Shown here in pieces: positions 45,943-53,650 of a stretch of DNA of 64,000 bases (its first letter is position 1; every line of letters starts with the position of its first letter). This stretch comes from an uncultured Spirochaetales bacterium (GTDB taxonomy: Bacteria; UBP6; UBA1177), in contig CAZVWR010000006.1 of assembly GCA_964630905.1 (NCBI GenBank), positions 6,232 through 70,231 on the forward strand, written 5' to 3'. The notes under the pieces were generated by a model. That model was not told the origin of the DNA, did no database searches, and saw only the letters and a list, made by a program, of their open reading frames with translations. The translations under genes were made by a program, and so were the position numbers.

Positions 45943-47910
45943 ATGAAAATAAAAACAGTTTCTTTTTTGTTTGTTGTGTTTTTCTGCACGGCATTAAGCG
46001 GGGTAATACACGGAAATATGATCGGTGGTGATCCGTATGAAAGCTGGGAAGACGGCGGACAGGATTTTTTCGTAATGTTCAACTCAAATATTGATAACAA
46101 ACTGACTCTTTTCGGTGAAGATACTGACAATCCGCAGGGTGATACCTGTGTTGATGAAAGTTTGTTCACTCTTACCGATTTTCATATTCCCGAAGATGCG
46201 ATAATCGAAAAGGCATATCTCATCTGGATGGGGGCAGTGGATCCTGCAAAGTTTGATGATCCGACAGACAACAGTGTAAAGCTTAAGTTCATTCAGGAAT
46301 CTGAACTTGATCCTGTCATCCATGAAGAAACCGTGACAGCCGGAACAACAGGGAAACTTTTGACAGATACTGGAAGTTTCGAGTTTGAATCGCTTTATTT
46401 TCAGGATGATGTGAAAAATGGATGCAGTGAATCGGAAGCTGGTCAAATTATTAAGGGACAATATCTCGGATATTTCACATATCGAGTTGATATTACTGGT
46501 TTTTTTGACAGAATTTCTGAAATGAACGCGGAACTGGAAAGACCTGAAGACGGGAAGTATTACGGAACTTATGTTTTCAGTGATCTTGACTGTACTGAGC
46601 ACGATTATTACCGGTGCAGCAATAAAATGTTAAGTTCATGGGCGATTTTCATTGTTTACCGTTCACAGCATATCAGACCGCAAAGGGTATATTTCTACAA
46701 CGGTCTTGCTTTCATCCATGGTGACAAATCAGTTGCATCAATCAGCGGTTTTGAACTCCGGAGAAACCCGTCCATCCATCTTACAACGATGATCGCAGGT
46801 GGAGATATCAAACCTGTAGAATTAAATCTTCCGGAAGAAGGAATTTTACTTCAAGGTGAAGGTGCCACGAGCAGGTTCCGTCTTTACAACGAATGCAATC
46901 CTCTTATGGGAAGCTATGTCGAGGTTTTTAATTCCGTTTCATCGATCGCAAACTGGAGTCTTGATGCGACAGAAAACATTAAATGTGTTTCCAATTTCGG
47001 TATTGATGTAGATACATTTGTTCTTGATAGTGATGACATCAATCTTCAGGAGCATTTGAAAAAAGGTAACACTTCAATGGAAATTACTCTTTCAGTCAAT
47101 CAGGATGAGATATTCACTAATTTCATGGTTCTTTCAGCTAACCAGACAGCAGAAGGTCCAAATTTCGATATTCCGCCTGAAGCAAGCGACCCGTCAAAAT
47201 CTCAGTTCAATTTTCCATATGACCGCGAAAAACATTTCTGTGCATGTCCATCAAACGATGATGGAAAAGTTAAGGATTATTACTGCGAAACTGTCAACAG
47301 CAGAAGGGAGTTCTTTTATTTTATCAAAGTTCAGAACTGGGGTGAAGATGATGCGGAAGATGTTGTGGTGAGTGATGAGCTTGATAAAAGTCTTGAATAT
47401 ATTCAGGGATCTACTGAAATGGCGACACAGTATTCTCCTGAACTTGATGTCTATACGGACTGGAAATTAATTCCTGACAAACCTGATGGAGTTTTTCCTC
47501 TTTCCGGAACAGGTTATAAAGTTGCTTCAAAAATGCTTTCGTGCGATCAGAGCAACTGGACATGTCAGGATACAGTTTTTATCAGATATAAAGTTAAGCC
47601 GAAAGCAGGTATGCCCAAAAGTTATTATTTTTCAAATATTGCTCTTATTAAAGACAAAAACAGCGATGAAGCTTATAAAACCAACCTGTCATATCCGCTT
47701 AAACTTAATCCCACAACCTGTGAAATTGACACAACCTGTCCTGCTCCGACCAGAGAAATGTGCGGAGGAGCTCCTTATCCATGCGGACCTGAGGATATTC
47801 CTTGCGATGATTCAGACAATATTGAAAACAATGATAATGACAACATAATTGATGACGAAAACTCAGATAATGATACAAATTCAACAGGTTGCGGCTGTTC
47901 TTTTTTATAG
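45943..47910 (+). CDS. secreted DUF11-containing protein with acidic spacer and GCGCSFL C-terminal tail
   Basis: ORF track 45931..47910. ATG 45943 follows GGAGGG. Signal peptide. Shares with 34642..36471 the blocks P.DA.IEKA.L.W, TDNSV.L, FEFES.Y, YRVD.T and W.(L/I)F(I/V)(I/V)Y. DUF11-like NWGEDDAEDVVVSDELDKSLEYIQGS. The D/N-rich tail ends NSTGCGCSFL-stop. Confidence 0.7.
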   Translation: MKIKTVSFLFVVFFCTALSGVIHGNMIGGDPYESWEDGGQDFFVMFNSNIDNKLTLFGEDTDNPQGDTCVDESLFTLTDFHIPEDAIIEKAYLIWMGAVDPAKFDDPTDNSVKLKFIQESELDPVIHEETVTAGTTGKLLTDTGSFEFESLYFQDDVKNGCSESEAGQIIKGQYLGYFTYRVDITGFFDRISEMNAELERPEDGKYYGTYVFSDLDCTEHDYYRCSNKMLSSWAIFIVYRSQHIRPQRVYFYNGLAFIHGDKSVASISGFELRRNPSIHLTTMIAGGDIKPVELNLPEEGILLQGEGATSRFRLYNECNPLMGSYVEVFNSVSSIANWSLDATENIKCVSNFGIDVDTFVLDSDDINLQEHLKKGNTSMEITLSVNQDEIFTNFMVLSANQTAEGPNFDIPPEASDPSKSQFNFPYDREKHFCACPSNDDGKVKDYYCETVNSRREFFYFIKVQNWGEDDAEDVVVSDELDKSLEYIQGSTEMATQYSPELDVYTDWKLIPDKPDGVFPLSGTGYKVASKMLSCDQSNWTCQDTVFIRYKVKPKAGMPKSYYFSNIALIKDKNSDEAYKTNLSYPLKLNPTTCEIDTTCPAPTREMCGGAPYPCGPEDIPCDDSDNIENNDNDNIIDDENSDNDTNSTGCGCSFL

Positions 47911-47987
47911 TTCAAGGTCAGGGGATTGCTTTTTCAAACAAACGCCGTATTATCAACAAGGTCTTTTTCGACGGTTCTTTCAAAATT

Positions 47988-48332
47988 GGGGACGACATGG
48001 TTTCGACGGGGAGGCTGGAGCTTTCAAGTTGCATGCCGAGGCGCCGCTGGCCTCGTAAAAAGCGGCAAAACAAGAAAAGCAAATAATTTTGCACTAGCAG
48101 CTTAAGCTGCTCGTCAGTCTGCGGTAATTCTCGCGGCTTCAGAACTGGCGCTAAACAGCGGGATAGCAAACTGAACCCCTCCGCAGGGTGAGGTAAGCGA
48201 AATCAAGTGCGGAAAAGTGTGACGGATCCTGCTGCCGGGAGCCCGATCACTTACTAAATCGGACAGCTAAGCATGTAGACGCTCGATTGACCCCCTTTTC
48301 GGACGCGGGTTCGATTCCCGCCGTCTCCACCA
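47988..48332 (+). ncRNA. ssrA: transfer-messenger RNA
   Basis: 5' GGGGACGACATGGTTTCGACGGGG. Tag reading frame ends GCAAATAATTTTGCACTAGCAGCTTAA (…ANNFALAA-stop, stop at 48103..48105). 3' tRNA-like end GGACGCGGGTTCGATTCCCGCCGTCTCCACCA. Confidence 0.9.
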
Positions 48333-48446
48333 TTCGACTCGCTAAAGCTTTGGTTGGCAAAATATTCAAATTTATTCCTTTGACATAATTTTTTCTTAAT
48401 AGTATTCTGTTTTGATTGTTCAGTGTGTGATAATAAGGAGAAAAAA

Positions 48447-49013
48447 ATGGTTAAAAGATTCGATCCTGCAAAACTGCATGAGCTTGTGAAAGAAGTGGCA
48501 AATCTGGAAATGCCGAAAGAGGAGAAGTTCAAACTGCTTGTTCAGAAAATTGATCATGAATATCCCGGGAAGCTCAACAGAAAGGAATTTTCGTGGATCT
48601 TCAACAATGCTAACGGAGCAATGGGGATTATGACACTTTTATACGGATCTCTGAGCGAATATCTCATAATTTTCGGTTCACCGATCGGGACTGAAGGACA
48701 TTCAGGAAGATACTGGGCGAATGTTCACGACATAATGATCGAAGGGGAGATGTGGACTTATGATGAAGGAACTATTGACCGCAAGGTTTTCAAGCCGGGT
48801 GACTGGGCGCATCTGAAGTTCAGAAGATCAAAGGGCTACTGCATCCGCGAAGAAGGCTGGATGCTTGAATATACATCGGGCGCTATTCCTACAATGCTTC
48901 CGATGGGAATATGGGACAACCTTTTCAGCAATCTTGACCTCAAAAGCGTAGTTCAGCTTTTCTGGCAGTACGGCGGCATGGTGATAAAAAATCTGTTAAG
49001 AGGAAGATTCTGA
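48447..49013 (+). CDS. ERG2 / sigma-1 receptor family protein
   Basis: ORF track 48423..49013. ATG 48447 follows AAGGAG. By-eye alignment with the recalled human sigma-1 receptor: [47 protein letters not shown] vs [47 protein letters not shown], and [12 protein letters not shown] vs WMVEYGRGVIPS. Confidence 0.8.
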   Translation: [188 protein letters not shown]

Positions 49014-49017
49014 AAAT

Positions 49018-49866
49018 ATGAAGGATTATTTTTCAAAATTTTCCTTTCTGCTGGACCTTGTTTCTTTCGGTGCAGTAGTAATTTTTGCAAACTATATGGA
49101 ATGGACGGCAAAAGATCTGCTATGGAGTTTGTGGATAAGCAGTCTGACAATCGGTTATTTCACTCTTTTAGCAGGTATCGGCGGAAATATGATCAGGGGA
49201 AGGATGGCTGATGAGCAGATCCCACAGAATGAAAGTAAAAACGAAAAGCAAGTTCCACCAGGAGCACCTCTTGCTGTGTTTTTCCTTATACCGATCGTGG
49301 CAATATTCCGGTTTTCAATTATCACCCTTATTTTTGCTGTTTTAGCCGCAATAAGTGTTACGGCGGCAGTCATTAAGTACAAAAGGGAACGGGCAGGACT
49401 GGATAACGACCATTTTTTAATCAATTTTATGCTTAATTTCCCAGCCGGTTTATTTCTACTCATTTTTTTTACGATCCATTTCGGCGGATTTCATTTTGTC
49501 CACAGCATTTTTCTTAACGGCATGTTCCCGATATTAAATGAAACTCCGTTCGGTAAGACTCCCGGTCAAACCGGATTTTTCTTTTTTGATCTAATTGAGG
49601 TAAGCTTCCGTAATTACTGGCTTTTTATTGTTGCAAGCGCCGCGTCATCATTTGAGAGCATTTTTAAAACGATGAAAGGGCGTGAGATAAATTTCATGCT
49701 TGAGCCGTATAAAAATGTCGTAAAAATGCATTTAATGATTTTTGTCATCGCCTTTGCAGGAATGGCAGGACTTTATAATTTCATACTTTATGCAACGCTC
49801 ATCCTCTATTTTTTTCCTGTCGGGAAAATGATCAGAAAAAAGAAAACAGATGCTGTCTCTGTTTGA
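49018..49866 (+). CDS. polytopic membrane protein, unknown function
   Basis: 282 aa with about 7 hydrophobic helices. Starts 4 nt after the ERG2-like gene, suggesting an operon. No family recognised. Confidence 0.6.
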   Translation: MKDYFSKFSFLLDLVSFGAVVIFANYMEWTAKDLLWSLWISSLTIGYFTLLAGIGGNMIRGRMADEQIPQNESKNEKQVPPGAPLAVFFLIPIVAIFRFSIITLIFAVLAAISVTAAVIKYKRERAGLDNDHFLINFMLNFPAGLFLLIFFTIHFGGFHFVHSIFLNGMFPILNETPFGKTPGQTGFFFFDLIEVSFRNYWLFIVASAASSFESIFKTMKGREINFMLEPYKNVVKMHLMIFVIAFAGMAGLYNFILYATLILYFFPVGKMIRKKKTDAVSV

Positions 49867-49925
49867 CATTTACAGTAACAATTCTTATCATATCGATGCT
49901 TTTAATTTGCAGAGGGAGGGAGTCT

Positions 49926-51308
49926 ATGAAAAGATTTTTTGCAACACTTGTTTTATTAATGTTTATTTTCACAACAGGGTGTGATGAATCAAAAACCAAA
50001 AAACCGGCAAATGATTCAAATAACGACACTTCAGATAACGATTCTTCAACAGATGATGAAGAAACAGATGATGAAGAAACAGGTGACTGCGGAAACAACA
50101 TTGTAGAAACCGGCGAAATATGTGACGGCGGACTCAAAAACTGTACAGAGATAAATCCGGCGCTCTACATTTCAGGCAAGGCAAAATGTAAAAGCGACTG
50201 TTCAGGCTGGGACACTGTCACTTGCGAAGAGACCGATGCTGTCTGCGGCAACGAAACAGTTGAAGTTCCTGAAGTTTGTGACGGAAATATCGAGAACTGT
50301 ATTGATATTGATCCTTTAAAATATAAAGGCGGAAAAGCTAAGTGCAACAGAAACTGTGACGGTTTTGATACAATAACCTGTGAAGAGCTTGACGACTACT
50401 GCGGTGACGGAAAGATATCAAACACTGAATTTTGTGACGGGGATCTTAAAGCATGCATTGATATTGACAGCAAAATATATTCAGGTGGAACGGCTGAATG
50501 CAAAGATGACTGTTCCGGTTATGATGTTGCAGACTGTGTTGAGATAGTTGCTGTATGCGGAGATGAAAAGGTTGAAGGCAAGGAGGTTTGTGAAAAAGGG
50601 GAACTTAAAAACTGCGTTGAAATAAACTCAACCCTGTACAAAGGCGGCAAGGCATACTGTGAAGATGACTGCAGTGCGTGGGATGCAATAACATGCGAAG
50701 AAAAAGGGAGTATTCTGTTTTCAGATGATTTTGAGAACGGTGACTCAAAATGGACTCTCACCGGTGACTGGGAGATCGGGTATCCCTATTATGATATTTC
50801 GGGAGTGACGGTTAATGAAGCCGTGAGCGGTGACCAAGTCCTTGCAACCAAACTGACAGACGGTTACACTGTGAAAGTGATCAGCATTGCCGCAATAAAA
50901 GACAAGATAACGATTCCTGAGACAGGGAATTTTGTCCTCACTTTTTCTGCTTATGTGAATACTGATTATGATGCAGGAACCAGTTCAGATGCCAACAGCT
51001 GGTTTGACGGAATGATAGTGACCTATGCTTCCGGTCTTGAAGCTCCGGTGGAAATTCCGCCAAGCACAGACAATGCAGATCTGATCGGATCTTTCAAAGG
51101 ACTTACCGACGGAACAAATTATACAACTTTCTCAGGTGTTCGGGGAACAAGTGTGAATAACTCCTATTCAAAGTTTTCCTATGATCTCTCTTCGATCTCA
51201 GGAAAAACAGTGACAATAGAGTTTAAATTTTATTCTGATACCATTCAGGGCGGAAGCGGAAGTTTTCCCGGAATATATATTGATGATGTTGTAATTGCGG
51301 AAGAATAA
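49926..51308 (+). CDS. lipoprotein with five myxobacterial-type cysteine-rich repeats
   Basis: ORF track 49863..51308. ATG 49926 follows AGGGAGGGAG. Lipobox IFTTGC and an acidic linker. Five units of CG(N/D)xxVExxExCDG...C..I......G.A.C..DCSG(W/Y/F)D...CEE. The C-terminal ~200 aa (FSDDFENGDSKWTLTGDWEIG...) are unassigned. Confidence 0.75.
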   Translation: MKRFFATLVLLMFIFTTGCDESKTKKPANDSNNDTSDNDSSTDDEETDDEETGDCGNNIVETGEICDGGLKNCTEINPALYISGKAKCKSDCSGWDTVTCEETDAVCGNETVEVPEVCDGNIENCIDIDPLKYKGGKAKCNRNCDGFDTITCEELDDYCGDGKISNTEFCDGDLKACIDIDSKIYSGGTAECKDDCSGYDVADCVEIVAVCGDEKVEGKEVCEKGELKNCVEINSTLYKGGKAYCEDDCSAWDAITCEEKGSILFSDDFENGDSKWTLTGDWEIGYPYYDISGVTVNEAVSGDQVLATKLTDGYTVKVISIAAIKDKITIPETGNFVLTFSAYVNTDYDAGTSSDANSWFDGMIVTYASGLEAPVEIPPSTDNADLIGSFKGLTDGTNYTTFSGVRGTSVNNSYSKFSYDLSSISGKTVTIEFKFYSDTIQGGSGSFPGIYIDDVVIAEE

Positions 51309-51318
51309 GGAGGACAAA

Positions 51319-52842
51319 GTGTCTGATACTCAAAAAGTGATTTTAGTGATTCTTGATGGTTTCGGGATCAGGGAAAGCAGTGATTTCAATGCAGTGAAAA
51401 TTGCAAAAAAGCCGAATATTGACAGGCTGTTAAAAGAGTGTCCGTCAACTACTCTTGACGGTTCGGGGTTATCTGTCGGGCTTCCGAGAGGGCAGATGGG
51501 TAACAGCGAAGTAGGGCACATGAATATCGGCGCAGGAAGAGTTGTATATCAGGATCTGACAAAAATTGATAAAGCGATAGAAGATGGCGAATTTGTTAAG
51601 AATTCCGTTTTGATGGATGTTGCAAAAAAGCTTAAAGTATGCGGCGGAAAACTGCATCTGATGGGACTTGTTTCTCCTGGCGGAGTTCACAGTTCGATGG
51701 ATCATCTCCACGCCATTCTTGAATTTGGAAAGAAAGAGCAGATTAATGTTGTTCTGCACTGTTTTCTTGACGGTCGTGATACGCCGCCTCAAAGTGCGGT
51801 TGATTATATCCGCGAACTTGAAAAAAAGATGAAAGATGAAGATCTTGGCGTTATCGGCACAGTAACAGGCAGATTTTATGCGATGGACAGAGATAACCGC
51901 TGGGAAAGAGTTGAAAAAGCTTATAATGCACTACTTCTGGGAGATGGACTTAACGCCAAGAGCGGCCTTGAAGCGGTTGAACAGTCATATAAGCGCGGCG
52001 AAAACGATGAGTTTGTGAAACCGACTGTAATTGTTGATGAATCAGGCAGTCCGAAAGGGTTGATGAATGACGGTGACGCAGTAATATTCTTTAATTTCAG
52101 ATCTGATCGCGCCAGAGAGATATCTGCTGCTCTTAACTTTGATGATTTTGATAGCTTTGAAAGAAAAAAGAGAGCAAAATTCTGCGTTTATGCCACAATG
52201 ACAAGATACAGAGCCGATTTTCCTTTTCCAGTTCTTTATGATGCTGAGAAGTTGACTAACATTCTTGGTGAAGTGATAAGTAAAAGCGGCAAAACACAAC
52301 TCAGAATTGCTGAAACAGAAAAATATGCCCATGTCACATTCTTTTTCAATGGCGGCAAAGAGAGCGTTTTTGAAGGTGAGGAGAGGATACTTGTTCCTTC
52401 ACCCAAAATTGAAACTTATGACCTTAAACCCGAAATGAGTGCCTATGAAGTGACAGACAAACTCATTGATTGTATTGAGAAATATGATCTTGTCATCCTT
52501 AATTTCGCAAACCCCGACATGGTAGGGCACACCGGAATATTAAGTGCCGCAGTCAAAGCCATAGAAGCAGTTGACGAATGTGTAGGCAGAATAACCCGGA
52601 AAATAAAAGAAGAAGGACGGGTAATGATCGTCACAGCAGATCACGGCAACAGCGAACAGATGATCGATGAAGTGACAAAAGCTCCCCACACAGCACACAC
52701 CACAAACCCCGTACCCTTTGTTATCTGTAATTATCCGGTTGAAAAACTCAATCCTGGCATACTCGCCGACATCGCCCCCACCATCCTCAAAATAATGAAC
52801 ATCCCGATCCCGAAAGAAATGACCGGGAAGGTACTTTTTTAA
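51319..52842 (+). CDS. gpmI: 2,3-bisphosphoglycerate-independent phosphoglycerate mutase
   Basis: ORF track 51295..52842. GTG 51319 follows AAGGAGG. LVILDGFGI, MGNSEVGHMNIGAGR, NFANPDMVGHTG and TADHGN motifs. Confidence 0.9.
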   Translation: MSDTQKVILVILDGFGIRESSDFNAVKIAKKPNIDRLLKECPSTTLDGSGLSVGLPRGQMGNSEVGHMNIGAGRVVYQDLTKIDKAIEDGEFVKNSVLMDVAKKLKVCGGKLHLMGLVSPGGVHSSMDHLHAILEFGKKEQINVVLHCFLDGRDTPPQSAVDYIRELEKKMKDEDLGVIGTVTGRFYAMDRDNRWERVEKAYNALLLGDGLNAKSGLEAVEQSYKRGENDEFVKPTVIVDESGSPKGLMNDGDAVIFFNFRSDRAREISAALNFDDFDSFERKKRAKFCVYATMTRYRADFPFPVLYDAEKLTNILGEVISKSGKTQLRIAETEKYAHVTFFFNGGKESVFEGEERILVPSPKIETYDLKPEMSAYEVTDKLIDCIEKYDLVILNFANPDMVGHTGILSAAVKAIEAVDECVGRITRKIKEEGRVMIVTADHGNSEQMIDEVTKAPHTAHTTNPVPFVICNYPVEKLNPGILADIAPTILKIMNIPIPKEMTGKVLF

Positions 52843-52851
52843 GGAGGTGTT

Positions 52852-53541
52852 TTGTCTGACTCTGAACTCTTAATACCAAATCATGGCGGTTATAGGAACC
52901 TCAAAAGTTTTAAGGTTTCTCAACTGGTTTATGATTTGACAGTGCGTTTCTGTGACAAATTTATTGATAAAAAGAGCAGAACTCATGATCAGATGGTTCA
53001 AGCTGCAAGGAGTGGCGTTCAAAATATTGCGGAAGGTTCACAGGCATCAGGAGCTTCAAAGAAATTTGAATTGAAGCTTACCAGTGTTGCAAGAGCCAGT
53101 CTTGAAGAGTTGAAACTTGATTATGAAGACTTTTTGAGACAGAGAAAATTGTCAGTTTGGACAAAAGATGAACCATTGAAAAAAGAGTTGGTTGATAAAA
53201 GGTTTGAAAATGCTGATGATGTTATCAGGTGGATAAAGGAAAAAAGTTTAGACAGTGTAAATAGACAAAATGGACGGAATGGACAGAGTGGACAGAAAAA
53301 TATAGATAAACCGTCCATTGAGTCCACTAAGTCTATTGAGTCGACTGAAGTTGCTGAGTCTTCTTTTAAATATCAGACTGTTGAAGCAGTTGCAGCGAAT
53401 TCAATTCTTGTTTTGATTTCGGTTGCCTGTTTTCTTCTGGACAGGCAGATTTCACGGCTTGCCGAAGATTTTGAAAAAGAGGGTGGTTTCACTGAGCGGC
53501 TTTACAGGGTTAGGAGTGCGAAGAGGAAATGGGGCAAATGA
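52852..53541 (+). CDS. four-helix-bundle protein (23S rRNA intervening-sequence protein family) with C-terminal extension
   Basis: 229 aa. KVSQLVYDLTVRFCDKF...QMVQAARSGVQNIAEGSQ...ARASLEELKLDYEDFL is typical of the four-helix-bundle family. Low-complexity linker (NGRNGQSGQ, SIESTKSIESTE). Extra helical C-terminal part. Confidence 0.7.
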   Translation: MSDSELLIPNHGGYRNLKSFKVSQLVYDLTVRFCDKFIDKKSRTHDQMVQAARSGVQNIAEGSQASGASKKFELKLTSVARASLEELKLDYEDFLRQRKLSVWTKDEPLKKELVDKRFENADDVIRWIKEKSLDSVNRQNGRNGQSGQKNIDKPSIESTKSIESTEVAESSFKYQTVEAVAANSILVLISVACFLLDRQISRLAEDFEKEGGFTERLYRVRSAKRKWGK

Positions 53542-53630
53542 TGAAAGATCGGAAAGAGAAGAAAAAATCAAAGACAATTTGGCGTGGAGTTATTTTATTT
53601 ATTTTTTCGATGGTTTTGGGGTTGAATTAA
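53538..53630 (+). CDS. possible 30-aa small membrane protein
   Basis: Below the ORF-track size cut-off. ATGA overlap with the preceding stop. MMKDRKEKKKSKTIWRGVILFIFSMVLGLN has a basic N-terminus plus one hydrophobic helix. No homology evidence. Confidence 0.3.
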   Translation: MMKDRKEKKKSKTIWRGVILFIFSMVLGLN

Positions 53631-53650
53631 TAATGATAAAACATTAAGAG

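Noticed and set aside
47849-48532. ORFs overlapping the tmRNA (47849..48058+, 47889..48086+, 47918..48169-, 48254..48532-)
   Set aside because: The region is the ssrA gene, with a canonical 5' end, tag frame and 3' tRNA-like end. The ORFs are incidental.
48333-49900. Genomic island integrated at the 3' end of ssrA
   Set aside because: I found no downstream direct repeat of the tmRNA 3' end (…TTCGATTCCCGCCGTCTCCACCA) and no integrase gene. The idea is kept only as a weak hint within the ERG2-like finding.
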